Shown: positions 24,707-35,129 of the stretch, one piece after another | Layout: each line of letters opens with the position of its first letter | Position numbering within the stretch: position 1 is the stretch's first letter | Source: a bacterium | Lineage (GTDB): Bacteria > SAR324 > NAC60-12 | DNA: 64,000 nt | NCBI GenBank assembly: GCA_965209155.1 | Contig: OZ242383.1 | Location: 3,168,001-3,232,000, forward strand | Direction of reading: 5' to 3' | Program-made: the position numbers and the translations under genes | Notes under the pieces: model-generated | Database searches by the model: none | What the model saw: only the letters and a program-made list of their open reading frames with translations | What the model was told of the DNA's origin: nothing

Positions 24707-26324
24707 TGCTGCGAAACTTGAGCAATAGTTTGCGGTTTTGAGACCGGCTTTCTCCTACAGCAGTCACGTAGACTGCGGGCTGATCCAGTACAGGACATTC
24801 ACTATGACAAATACCACAACCAATGCAAAGATCCGGAACGATGAAGGGTTTGTTCAAGACGACCTTGTTGCCATAAACATCTTTGACTTCCTCATCGATT
24901 GTCTGAATCGCTTTGGGGGAGACCGGACAAACTTCTTCACAAACCACGCAGGGAATCTGGTTGGCCCAAGGCAGACATCGCGAGGTGTTGATGAAGGCAG
25001 TTCCCAGGATCACCGGACCTTGTTCTGCAAATTCTCCCTCTCCCAGCTTTTCGGCGACGGAAATTTTACGAATGGCGCCCGTGGGACATACTTTTGAACA
25101 TAGGTTGCATTTCAACTGACAGTGCTTGATATTGAAGTTCATCACAGGAGTCCACAAACCTTCAAATCCACCTTCCTTGAGCGTGGCTGGTTGTAAAACA
25201 TTGGTGGGACAGACATTGATGCACTGGTCGCATTTGATGCATTTTTCCAGAAACTCCGCTTCCGCTACCGATCCTGGAGGACGGATCATGTGCGGAGAAA
25301 AATTTTCGTCATTGACTTTGCCGTTGTTACGCAACAGCGGGAATGCAACGGCTCCCGCTACTCCCGCAAAAAGAAGGCGTCGTCTCGACATATCAGGTTG
25401 TGGCACCACCTGCTTTTTATCGAGACCAAACATGGTGAATTGTAACGCATCCTCCGGACAGTCATCCAAACAGTTCATACAGGAAAAACATTCACTGACT
25501 CGCAACTGTCCTTGAGGGTCCGAAGCGCCTTCACAACGAGTGAGACACAAATTGCAATCGGTACACTTGTCTACGATGCGATTGATACGGAAAAGCGAGT
25601 AACGGGAAAGAACTCCCAGGAAGGCACCCAGAGGACAAAGGAAACGACAGAAAAAACGAGGAATCCAAAGATTGAGCAAGGCGAATGAGAGAAAAAACAA
25701 ACCTGCCCAAAAAGAACCGACAAAAATACGACTGGTCACTCCTGGGGCGAATTTCAGTGAATCCAACCATTGGGCGTCGAATCCGGTGCGACTGGAAACC
25801 GTGTCCAGCAACATATCGGATGCCGGAGCGACAAATATGGTAAAACCCCGGTACATGAGGACAATCGGATCCAGCAACCCTATCTGCAGGGCTCCTAACG
25901 ATGCCATGATCAAGAAGACGATCAAAATCCCATACTTAAGATACTGCAGGTCCCGGTAGCGGTTTTGCTCGATTCGTTTCACCGCATTATTGGTATTGAA
26001 AAGCCATCCGATGAATTGATGCAGCGTGCCGTAGGGACAGATCCAATTGCAAAATATGCGTCCAAATAGAAATGTGAGCAGGATGATGACGATTGCCCAT
26101 CCCAAATAACGATAAACATACCCCGTGGACAACGCAGTGGATACGGCAACCAGTGGGTCTAACTCCAAAAGGCGGGAAACCGGGTAACCGCCGAGACGTG
26201 AAGTCCAGGTAGCCCAGATGGAAAAAAGGAACAAACCGAAAAAAATAATTTGCGAGACAATTCGGATATTCGTCAAACGCAACAGTCGTTTGGATTTTTC
26301 TTTGGCGGGTAACGTCTTTTTCAT
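24693..26324 (-). CDS. Membrane polyferredoxin (NapH/MauN-like fused to NapG/MauM-like 4Fe-4S domains)
   Basis: [18 protein letters not shown], several CxxCxxC motifs, TM helices, RPPG. ATGA overlap with the upstream gene. Confidence 0.88.
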   Translation of the reverse strand: MKKTLPAKEKSKRLLRLTNIRIVSQIIFFGLFLFSIWATWTSRLGGYPVSRLLELDPLVAVSTALSTGYVYRYLGWAIVIILLTFLFGRIFCNWICPYGTLHQFIGWLFNTNNAVKRIEQNRYRDLQYLKYGILIVFLIMASLGALQIGLLDPIVLMYRGFTIFVAPASDMLLDTVSSRTGFDAQWLDSLKFAPGVTSRIFVGSFWAGLFFLSFALLNLWIPRFFCRFLCPLGAFLGVLSRYSLFRINRIVDKCTDCNLCLTRCEGASDPQGQLRVSECFSCMNCLDDCPEDALQFTMFGLDKKQVVPQPDMSRRRLLFAGVAGAVAFPLLRNNGKVNDENFSPHMIRPPGSVAEAEFLEKCIKCDQCINVCPTNVLQPATLKEGGFEGLWTPVMNFNIKHCQLKCNLCSKVCPTGAIRKISVAEKLGEGEFAEQGPVILGTAFINTSRCLPWANQIPCVVCEEVCPVSPKAIQTIDEEVKDVYGNKVVLNKPFIVPDLCIGCGICHSECPVLDQPAVYVTAVGESRSQNRKLLLKFRSNEPA

Positions 26325-27355
26325 ACAACCTCTTTGATCCTGCCCCGGTAGTCGATGAATCCGCTTCCTTTCGCTTCTGCTTTGTATAGATACTCTGGCA
26401 ATTCCAGCCGTTCCAGGAGGTGTTCGTTGGCCCATGCATCCATAGCAACCGGGTCCACTCCGGCGACGATGGTGTTTCCGTTTTTCACGTCAGAGGGATC
26501 TCCTCCCGTGGGTCCATTTTTTACCAGGATATGAGTTCCGTCTAAAATTGTCAGGGTCGGTTTGATCATGATGGAAAGATCCGAGACAATTTCGTGGATA
26601 TCCTGGTGAAATTGGTTACGACGCCCTCCCAGCAAGCCGTACCAGTTTTTAATTCCCAGGGAAGCATGGCAAAGGTTATGGTCTTTGACCGGCGCCACGC
26701 CAATCACTTTATTCACGTTTTTGAAAGGCCGTTTGAAGAAATCCCAATACTCGATCAAGACGGCTTCCGGGGTGTTCAAGACGGCGAACGAATTGCTGTC
26801 CGGCAAGCAGATTCGCCCCCCGGCTTTTTCGGATGCCATGCGAATTCCACTCTTTGCGAAACAGTCTGCAGGGGATTCTATCGGATTGTCCGCTACCCGC
26901 ACTTCCTCTGCACGACAGTCCACCAGCAGTAACCGGATCAGTTCCTCAATGATTTCAGGATTGGTGGTAGCTCCTAAATTGGGAGATCGATCAAAAGCCA
27001 CATTGGGTTTGAGCAAAACGATATCCCCCGGCTTTATATAATGGGTGATGCCGCCAATGGCGTCCAGCGCTTTGCGTAGCATGGTTCCTGTGGAACCCGA
27101 CCGTCCCAAGCCAATATCAGACTTTCCCGATTCTTTGGGAACGCGAAAATCCGGTAAATGAAAAGGCACCGGTTGAGGCAGGCTCCGCAATCCATCTTCA
27201 TCTTTCAGTGAAAAGGGGAAATCACCGGGAGCCAAAGCCAGGTAGGAGACCACTGCGCTTGCAGTGGCAATACCGGCACCCCGCGTGATCAATTCGCGCC
27301 GGGTCATGGTATTTTTTTTATAGTCGCCGTGTGGATATTTTTTGTCAGTCATCAT
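26321..27355 (-). CDS. DUF362-family protein with Tat-like signal
   Basis: TRRELI, LLKPN, KDH, KNWYG, GPTGG, DPVAMD. Confidence 0.85.
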   Translation of the reverse strand: MMTDKKYPHGDYKKNTMTRRELITRGAGIATASAVVSYLALAPGDFPFSLKDEDGLRSLPQPVPFHLPDFRVPKESGKSDIGLGRSGSTGTMLRKALDAIGGITHYIKPGDIVLLKPNVAFDRSPNLGATTNPEIIEELIRLLLVDCRAEEVRVADNPIESPADCFAKSGIRMASEKAGGRICLPDSNSFAVLNTPEAVLIEYWDFFKRPFKNVNKVIGVAPVKDHNLCHASLGIKNWYGLLGGRRNQFHQDIHEIVSDLSIMIKPTLTILDGTHILVKNGPTGGDPSDVKNGNTIVAGVDPVAMDAWANEHLLERLELPEYLYKAEAKGSGFIDYRGRIKEVV

Positions 27356-28433
27356 CCAACTCCCGGCCCAAACGTTCCATTAAAGGATCGATCTCGCGCA
27401 GGTCTTCGATATTCTCAACACCGAAAATGAATGCTCCCTGGTGTTGAATTGTAAAGTAATTATTCAAAAAATCGTGGAACATCACCACCAGCATCCCATC
27501 ATCTCTTACCACGTTGTAATCGTAGCTTTGCTCAACCAGGATTTCTTCGAACAGGAACCCGGCTTCTTCCCGGGATGAAGCCTGGTGTAAAAATATACGA
27601 GCCCTGTTGCTCCCTTGCAATCGCGCAAACCAGAAATCCTCTACAAAATCGTATTGGAAAACGTTCTGTTTCTGAAATGAGATTCGCATGGGCGAAATTT
27701 CCATTTTTTCACTCAGAATCTGATATGCCCGGGGAATTTCCCCCGTATCTTGTGGAAGTTGAGAAAAGGACTCCAGCAATTGGAGAGATTTTGCCTGAAT
27801 GTTTTCGGTTGACTGGTCACCGGCAATTCTGAAAAAGAAACGCCCTTTTCGTCCAATGGCTCCGGCAGAGGTCATGAAGTAAGTTACCGGGCCTTTTTGT
27901 TCAATGACTTTCTCTTCTGAAAGATGATCGGCAAAAATGCCCAGACTGCCTCCTAAATCACCCTGGTCATACAATTCGATGGCAATTTCGCTTTGGTCAC
28001 GATCCGAACGCAAGACGAGATAACTCAAAGTCTGAAATCCTTGCCGAATGAATTTTTCGGCTTCTCCATTTATTTTTTCGTAGAGATTAGCGGAATGGAA
28101 TTGCTTCAGACGAGACGCGATTCGCCATTCTTCGTCCAGGATGACTCGAGGAAAGATGCCAAGGTTTTGAGTTGAATTTTCGGGCGACGTGCCTGGTTCT
28201 ACCCATGGCTTCAAAGGAGGGGTGTATAATTGGAGTTCATTCGATTTTTTCAGCAGTTGCTCATAGGAGAGGTCCCTTTCCCTGGGATCATAATTTGTTT
28301 TTTGGGTGGCAAACCAGATCACCGTGAGCGACAGCGCGCAGAGTAAAATGATGCCCGAAAAATTTTCCGCAAAGGGAATATGCTTGCGCAGCACCCTTCT
28401 TTTTTTGGAAGTGAAAACACGATCACGGCCCAT
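27345..28433 (-). CDS. Membrane-anchored hypothetical protein (DUF6599-like)
   Basis: N-terminal TM helix and NLYEKINGEAE motif; translationally coupled to the DUF362 gene. Confidence 0.65.
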   Translation of the reverse strand: MGRDRVFTSKKRRVLRKHIPFAENFSGIILLCALSLTVIWFATQKTNYDPRERDLSYEQLLKKSNELQLYTPPLKPWVEPGTSPENSTQNLGIFPRVILDEEWRIASRLKQFHSANLYEKINGEAEKFIRQGFQTLSYLVLRSDRDQSEIAIELYDQGDLGGSLGIFADHLSEEKVIEQKGPVTYFMTSAGAIGRKGRFFFRIAGDQSTENIQAKSLQLLESFSQLPQDTGEIPRAYQILSEKMEISPMRISFQKQNVFQYDFVEDFWFARLQGSNRARIFLHQASSREEAGFLFEEILVEQSYDYNVVRDDGMLVVMFHDFLNNYFTIQHQGAFIFGVENIEDLREIDPLMERLGRELDDD

Positions 28434-28715
28434 TTTTTATCACCCTTTCTTTGATTGAATCGTTTTACGATCAATCACGGTGCATCGTTGGTCCTCGAAT
28501 GTGGGATTTTTCCATGTGCCAGTCAATGGTCCAGAGCAGGCAGACAAAACAATTTACGAAGCTCTTCCAGAATTTTCCGCAATTCCCGGTTTTGCGATTC
28601 ACTGGTTGGATATGTTATCGGGATGGAAGAAAAACGATGGCCTTCCTTCCCGAGGTAACCGGTTTTACGGAGGCAACGAAGCGTCCGATTGCCTGTTGGA
28701 AATCCAGATTGTAAA

Positions 28716-29069
<354 letters not shown>

Positions 29070-29096
29070 TCAACAGGTTCAGCATGGATAATTCAT

Positions 29097-30029
29097 ATGG
29101 ATCAAAGGAAGTTGTCACGAATCATAAGCCGTTATGCTACCTACTTGCAAGTTGAAAAGGGATTTCAATCCGGAACCTGCCACGTTTATCTGAGTAACGT
29201 ACGATACTTCTTCGCTTTTTGTTCTGAGTATCATGAGAAAATATTTCTCTCTGAAAACTGGAATTTTTCTGATATCGGGGTGCGAGAATTGGAATTTTTT
29301 TTTCGTGAACATTTGCAGGTGCGCCACTGGAAAATCAACACGGTTATTTCTTATCTGACCAGCATTCGTTCTTTTTTCCGTTTTTTGCGTGAAAAAGCCT
29401 ACTTGAGGAAGAACCCGATCCGCAATTTCACGATGCAACGGGAAGTGCAGAAGTTGATCATTGCCGATATCACGGAAGCTGAAATTCAGCGGCTATTTCA
29501 AGAACCGCCGGAATCTAGCTTTGAAGGCTTTCGCAATCGTCTGATTCTGGAGTTTTTTTACGGACTCGGTATCACGCCAAGTAAACAAATTCGTATCGAC
29601 CAGGTTCAATTGGACGAAGTGACCCAAAAAGTGCTGATCAAATCGGGTCAACAAAAACGAATTTTGCCAATTGCCCAACCAGCAATGGTGGTTTTGAAGC
29701 AATACCAGACTGCACGCCAATTAATCCTTGATCATACCGGACGGGAAACTTCTGCTTTTTTGATCAATGAATCCGGAAAGAAGCTGACACGCAACAGAAT
29801 GTCAGACGTGATTAAAAAGGAATTGGTCAAAATCGGGATGGTGGGTGAACATGCGCAAGTTTTGCGAAATTTATCTACCAAACATTTTGCCGATCACGGC
29901 GCTGATGTGCGATCGATGCAAATACAAAGGGACATGCAGTCTTTTCACGCATTGGACCAGTTTAAAGATGAATCCTTCGAATCCATACTGTTCCAATTCA
30001 AAAAAATGCACCTGAGGGAAGACTCTTGA
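29097..30029 (+). CDS. XerC/XerD-like tyrosine-recombinase-fold protein with degenerate active site
   Basis: SAM-like N-domain (SIRSFFRFL...NP), RNRLILEFFYGLG, GADVRS and a C-terminal H.R. Catalytic residues are substituted. Confidence 0.8.
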   Translation: MDQRKLSRIISRYATYLQVEKGFQSGTCHVYLSNVRYFFAFCSEYHEKIFLSENWNFSDIGVRELEFFFREHLQVRHWKINTVISYLTSIRSFFRFLREKAYLRKNPIRNFTMQREVQKLIIADITEAEIQRLFQEPPESSFEGFRNRLILEFFYGLGITPSKQIRIDQVQLDEVTQKVLIKSGQQKRILPIAQPAMVVLKQYQTARQLILDHTGRETSAFLINESGKKLTRNRMSDVIKKELVKIGMVGEHAQVLRNLSTKHFADHGADVRSMQIQRDMQSFHALDQFKDESFESILFQFKKMHLREDS

Positions 30030-30062
30030 GGTTTCGAATAAAAACCCGATTATCAGTTGAAA

Positions 30063-30452
30063 TTAAAAGCAATCATTGAGTTCCGGACATAGTTCGAGAA
30101 CCGCATTTTTCATGAATGCTCGTTCGTGGATATCCGTGTCGACAATGGTTCCATTCCATACTGCAATGTCCAAGTCGATGGTACGAGGACCGAATTTATT
30201 TGCGGAGCTCACCCGACCCAGGGAATGTTCCAGGTCCCGCAACCATTGTTTGAGTTGCACAGGGTTGAGGGAGGTTTGAATCAAAAAAGCTCCATTTATA
30301 AAATCTGCTTGTTCCGTGTAACCGATTGGCTTTGTCTTCGCAAATTGAGAGACATTGAGTAACATTTGCGCTTCAGCCAACCGTTGCTGCGCTTGTTCAA
30401 TGTGGTGGTGGGGGTCAATGTTGGAACCCACTGCAATCACGACTCGATTCAT
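30063..30452 (-). CDS. folK: 2-amino-4-hydroxy-6-hydroxymethyldihydropteridine diphosphokinase
   Basis: GSNI, FINGA, GPRTIDLDI. Confidence 0.93.
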   Translation of the reverse strand: MNRVVIAVGSNIDPHHHIEQAQQRLAEAQMLLNVSQFAKTKPIGYTEQADFINGAFLIQTSLNPVQLKQWLRDLEHSLGRVSSANKFGPRTIDLDIAVWNGTIVDTDIHERAFMKNAVLELCPELNDCF

Positions 30453-30799
30453 CCCCGTCTCTCCGAAGTGACCACGCTCACGGAATCGGCGAATCTCAAA
30501 GATTGGGGTTTGTCGACTTCCACGCGCGCATAAGCCACTCTAGATTCCGCCATGACAATGCCCAGCACACGACCGGCCAGTTTTTCCAACATTTGAAAAT
30601 TTGATTGTTCCACCTCGGCGATGATTTGTTTACTCAGGGAACGATAGTTGATTGTGTCCGAAATGTTGTCGGATTGGGAGACCTCAGTGCCATCGAATTC
30701 AATTTTTACATTGATCACGACGTCTTGCTTGTTGCTCCTTTCCCAATCGTTCAAACCGATGATTGTTCTTAAACGTAAATTTTTTATATGAATCCACAT
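30449..30799 (-). CDS. folB: Dihydroneopterin aldolase/epimerase (FolB/FolX family)
   Basis: IIGLNDWER..KQDVVIN, INY, LEKLA, KP; coupled to folK. Confidence 0.88.
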   Translation of the reverse strand: MWIHIKNLRLRTIIGLNDWERSNKQDVVINVKIEFDGTEVSQSDNISDTINYRSLSKQIIAEVEQSNFQMLEKLAGRVLGIVMAESRVAYARVEVDKPQSLRFADSVSVVTSERRG

Positions 30800-30946
30800 T
30801 TTTTTTAGTAAACCGGGTTCTGGATAAGGATATTGCAGCGCTTCCTGAAAAAAATATAAAATTGAGAATGTTCACTCATCATTCCTGAATAGGGTTCAGG
30901 AGAGCCCATATCCATTTGATTTCATTGAACTTATATGGATTTCAAT

Positions 30947-30972
30947 GTCATCCCCGCACAAGCGGGGATCCA
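30947..30972. repeat. REP-like palindrome
   Basis: GTCATCCCCGCACAAGCGGGGATCCA, a GTCA-led hairpin. Confidence 0.6.
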
Positions 30973-31262
30973 AGTGCTGCGCTCTGATTGTACAACACCT
31001 CTAATGCGCCGACAACTACTACCCCCAAAATGTAAAATTAATCAGATTCTCTGATCTTTCATAAACCAAAACCGATTCAGCGATAAGCCTTTTTTGAAAT
31101 TCGCTGGAGGTGATTGCCGCATGACCTCGCCCTTCATGACCCACACCCTTGCTAATCCAGTAATATTTTTTTTGACAAAATACGCACAACGTACTATTTT
31201 CAGGTCATGAAAGATTTTGAATGGAACAAAGAGAATAATGAATGGTTATGGGGAAAAACACT

Positions 31263-32969
31263 ATGAGCTATGATCTGATTATCAAGAACGGCACCGTTGT
31301 GGACGGTTCTGGAGCAGAACCCTTTCTGGCGGATGTCGCCATCAAAGGAGACCAAATCGTCGAGATTGGCAATGTCGATGGAAAAGGCAAACAGGAAATT
31401 CAAGCCGACGGTCTCATCGTCTCGCCGGGTTTTGTCGATTTGCACACACACCTGGACGCGCAGGTCGGCTGGGATCCTCAACTCACCTCTGTGAGTTGGC
31501 ATGGGGTTACGACTGCGCTACTCGGCAACTGCGGGGTCACCTTTGCTCCATGCAAAGCAGCCGACCGCGAATACCTGGCGGGGATGATGGAAACGGTAGA
31601 GAACATTCCCAAGCAAGCCATCCTGCAGGGATTGCCCTGGAATTGGGAGTCCTATGGGGGCTACCTGGATGCGTTGGAATCCATGAAACCGTCTATCAAC
31701 ATCTGCGGGTTGGTGGGGCATTGCGCGACACGCTTTTACGTCATGGGCGAGCGAGCGGTTGAAGAGCAGGCGACGGAGGAAGAGATTCGTCAGATTGCCG
31801 GGTTAGCAGGCCAGTCTGTCAAAGAAGGGGCCGTCGGTTTCTCGACCAATCGTTTTCCTCCACACCGTCTACCGGACGGTCGTTCCATCCCGGGCACTTT
31901 TGCGGATCGCGCTGAATTGAGAGCGGTTGCGAAAGAAGTTGGAGCCTTTGGAGGCATCATGCAAACCGTGTCCGATTTTAGCGATTTTGAAGCAGAGATG
32001 GCTCTATTGGCCGATGAAGCCCGCATGACTCGAGGCGTCCTTTTCTCTTGCGCCTTAGAAATGAAGGAAATTGACCGTGTTGGCAAAAATGTGATGGATA
32101 TGCGTGCCGAAGGTCTCAACGTCACCTCGGTAACACCACCCCGCAGTGGTGGATTTTTGACGGGACTCTCTGCCACGCTGCCATTTCCAATCTCAAAGAA
32201 CCCTGATCAGTTTGAAGCCTGGACAGAGTTGAAATCACTTGATTTTGCAGGACGTCTCCAGGCAATACGCGATCCCCAAATGCGTCAGCGTCTTGAAAAC
32301 GAAGCAAAAATCAAAGATTCGGATTTATTTGTATTCAGTCATAGAGAATACTCCCTGATGAAGAATGCCTTCTACATAGGCAATGGTTTACGACCCTTAT
32401 ACACTCAAGATCCCTCGCAAAGTCTTTTCGCTTTGGCCCAAGAGACCGGGGAGCACCCGGCTGAAATCTGGCTGCGCATCAGCGATGAAACCAACGGGAA
32501 AGCTCTTTTTCACATGCGCCTTTTTAATTTTGACCTCGAGGCTCTCCCCGAATTGATCACCACCGATTGGGCCATGCCCGGCCTTGGTGACGCAGGAGCG
32601 CACGTCAGCCAGATGATTGACTCGGGCTGGGCCACGTTTACCCTGTCTCACTGGCACAGAGACTACGGACTTTATTCGATCCAGGAAGCCGTTCGGCGGA
32701 TTAGCGCGGTTCCGGCATACGTCTTGGGACTTGAGGATCGTGGGACCTTGGCGGTTGGCAAGCGCGCAGACATCAATGTTTTCGATATGGCCCGGCTTGA
32801 AGAACGTATGCCGGAAATCGTGCATGATTTTCCTTTCGGAGCTCCCCGGTTCATCCAGCGGGCAGTCGGATACAAAGCCACGGTTTGCAACGGTCAGGTA
32901 ATCCTGCTTGACGATGAACTGACTGGTAACCGTCCAGGACTCGTACTGCGCAATGGGACTTCCGGATAA
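31263..32969 (+). CDS. N-acyl-D-amino-acid deacylase family amidohydrolase
   Basis: PGFVDLHTHLD, GVTTALLGNCG, DAGAH, ADINVFD. Confidence 0.92.
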   Translation: MSYDLIIKNGTVVDGSGAEPFLADVAIKGDQIVEIGNVDGKGKQEIQADGLIVSPGFVDLHTHLDAQVGWDPQLTSVSWHGVTTALLGNCGVTFAPCKAADREYLAGMMETVENIPKQAILQGLPWNWESYGGYLDALESMKPSINICGLVGHCATRFYVMGERAVEEQATEEEIRQIAGLAGQSVKEGAVGFSTNRFPPHRLPDGRSIPGTFADRAELRAVAKEVGAFGGIMQTVSDFSDFEAEMALLADEARMTRGVLFSCALEMKEIDRVGKNVMDMRAEGLNVTSVTPPRSGGFLTGLSATLPFPISKNPDQFEAWTELKSLDFAGRLQAIRDPQMRQRLENEAKIKDSDLFVFSHREYSLMKNAFYIGNGLRPLYTQDPSQSLFALAQETGEHPAEIWLRISDETNGKALFHMRLFNFDLEALPELITTDWAMPGLGDAGAHVSQMIDSGWATFTLSHWHRDYGLYSIQEAVRRISAVPAYVLGLEDRGTLAVGKRADINVFDMARLEERMPEIVHDFPFGAPRFIQRAVGYKATVCNGQVILLDDELTGNRPGLVLRNGTSG

Positions 32970-33007
32970 GGAAGCGTCCTTCCTGAGAAGGCGCTAAACG
33001 CCACAAT

Positions 33008-34243
33008 TCACTTCCGGCTTTGCGCTAATTTTTCAAAAGCGTGATTGGTGGCCTCTAAGGCTTTTTCTATCGTTTCTCTGGTGTGCGCCAGGGAGAGGAA
33101 CCAATTGTGCCAGGGGTGCAAATACACTCCGGATTCCATGGCCACCCGGCAAAATTGAAATCCTTTCTCAAAATCAGGATCGTCATCAAAGAGGACCATC
33201 GGCATTTGCGCAGGCCCGGTTTGTCGGATCGGGATGCCATGATACTGGGATTGTTCTGCCAACCCCAAGCGCCATTGATTGCCTATTTTTTCCAAATACT
33301 CCGGGGCTTGGGCGTCTTCCAGTAAATTTAACGTAGCTAAGGCGGCTGCCATGGGGGAGGCTTGATACCAAAAGGATCCGGTGACGAAGATACTGGCAGC
33401 GGCCTGTCGAAAATGTTCATTGCCCGTCACGGCAGAGAGACTCAAACCATTGGCCAGCGCTTTTCCCCAGGTAGTGAGATCCGGCTGAATCCCCAAGAGC
33501 GTCCAACTGGCATCCAGGCTCAGACGCAAACCCGCCCGGACGTCATCCAGGATCAAGGCCGCCTCATTGGTATCACATAGCTGACGTACTGCTTTTGCAA
33601 ATTCGAGAGTGGGCATGATTTGATCGACCCTCGCATCGTGTTTGAAGGCAGAAACGACGATTCCTGCCAAATCATCTTTTCCTTGCTCTGCTGCTTCAAG
33701 GAGGCTGTCTACGTTATTATATTGATAGTAAAGCAGATGGGCGCGATCTCCTGCAACAACTCCCTCCAGGACCGGGGTGCACCAAGGCATGGAGCCATGA
33801 TACGCATTTTCAGCCAGGAGAATCACTTTGCGACGGGTTGCCGCTCTGGCAATGGTCAGGCAGGTCGTGGTCGCATCATTGCCATTCTTGACAAACATGG
33901 CCCACTTTGCATGAGAAACCTGCTCCACCAGCCGTTCCGCCAATTCCACCATCACCGGAGCAGGTCCGCTGGCTGTCTCCAATTTTGAACTTTGGCGACG
34001 GGCCGCTTCCTCGACAACAGGGTGTTGATATCCCAGGATCATTGGACCAAAGGCACACATAAAATCGATATACTCATTCCCGTCCACATCCCACAATCGG
34101 CAATCCGCCGCACGTTCAAAAAATTGGGGATACCCTGATGGCATTCGTCTTTGCACCGACATGTGGCCATACATCGTTCCGGGAATGACTTCTTTGGCAC
34201 GACGAACGTACTCTTGATCCTTTTTGTTTCTGAAATTGTCCAT
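33008..34243 (-). CDS. Class III PLP aminotransferase (GSA-aminomutase-like)
   Basis: WDVDGNEYID, LILDDVRAG, PDLTTWGKALANG. Confidence 0.9.
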   Translation of the reverse strand: MDNFRNKKDQEYVRRAKEVIPGTMYGHMSVQRRMPSGYPQFFERAADCRLWDVDGNEYIDFMCAFGPMILGYQHPVVEEAARRQSSKLETASGPAPVMVELAERLVEQVSHAKWAMFVKNGNDATTTCLTIARAATRRKVILLAENAYHGSMPWCTPVLEGVVAGDRAHLLYYQYNNVDSLLEAAEQGKDDLAGIVVSAFKHDARVDQIMPTLEFAKAVRQLCDTNEAALILDDVRAGLRLSLDASWTLLGIQPDLTTWGKALANGLSLSAVTGNEHFRQAAASIFVTGSFWYQASPMAAALATLNLLEDAQAPEYLEKIGNQWRLGLAEQSQYHGIPIRQTGPAQMPMVLFDDDPDFEKGFQFCRVAMESGVYLHPWHNWFLSLAHTRETIEKALEATNHAFEKLAQSRK

Positions 34244-34351
34244 AAAACTTACCTTGCTCGGCTGGTGTTCTGATTGCTGGCATAGCGATGATGTGCGAAC
34301 AATAGCACTTGGAAACAGGTTTGTAAAGGCAATTATAGAAAGTTTTTTAAT

Positions 34352-34913
34352 TAATCTCATTAAACCACCAGCTCTGCTGGTGCGAACCTAATAGGCTTTG
34401 CCGGTCAGACATGAGAAAGGTATCCGTGTCCGTTAGCCGTGCTCGTGCTCGTGAACGGTCAGTGAATTTGACGGCACATTTTGGTTAACATAGAAACAAT
34501 GCGATGAAGTAACTGTTTCCCTTCGTCAAATAAAGGAGGCTGGATGATCTTCAACACGTTTAAAACATCGAGAATAGCAGCGCATTCCATTGCGGAACCT
34601 CGGTCAAATGCATAGAATCGTTGCTTGTCAGGAAAGGAATTTTTTCCACAGCCTTCTGCGATATTGAGAGGAATCGACCATGAGGCCCTTTTCAGTTGGT
34701 CAACTAAGGCTGAGTATCCTTTTGGCGATGTTTCGATGACTTGGACAGATAACGCTAAAAATTCGATGGAACATTGGTATACATCGAGTTTTTCATGATC
34801 TAACATGGCAGCCTTTTTCGTTCACGAGCACGAGCACGTCATACGATGACGAACACGTTTTGCCCTCATACTGGGGGCCTCTTCAAGCCACCGGCTCTGC
34901 CGGTGGTGATGAC
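34352..34913 (+). mobile_element. Non-autonomous IS200-like element carrying a four-helix-bundle gene, copy 1 (562 bp)
   Basis: Near-identical to 51435-51996 and 59444-59999. Subterminal hairpins CACCAGC-TCT-GCTGGTG and CCACCGGC-TCT-GCCGGTGG. Preceded by TTAAT, ends in TGAC, no tnpA. Confidence 0.85.
34459..34806 (-). CDS. Four-helix-bundle protein (23S rRNA IVS protein / Avd-like family)
   Basis: HEKLDVYQ, DQLKRAS.SIPLNIAEG, RGSAMEC, IVSMLTK. Confidence 0.92.
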   Translation of the reverse strand: MLDHEKLDVYQCSIEFLALSVQVIETSPKGYSALVDQLKRASWSIPLNIAEGCGKNSFPDKQRFYAFDRGSAMECAAILDVLNVLKIIQPPLFDEGKQLLHRIVSMLTKMCRQIH

Positions 34914-35129
34914 TTTTTGGTAGGTTTCTTTACGAGATGGTTGGTATGGTATGTTTCGTCGCTGGGCGGACCGGAAATGCTGGATTTGAGACAAGAGGGG
35001 CCCTGAAGTTTAAAGGCCACATTGCGCATCCAAATATCATAAAACTCTCTTTAGGCGAGACCTCGCCTGAAACCCTCCATTTAAACTAGGATCCGCCCAG
35101 TTATTTCTGCGGTACCTCACCCTCTGAAG

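Noticed and set aside
34380..34460. GTGCG... and agccgtg read as group II intron boundaries
   Set aside because: GTGCG overlaps the left-end hairpin, and no domain V/VI or RT is present.
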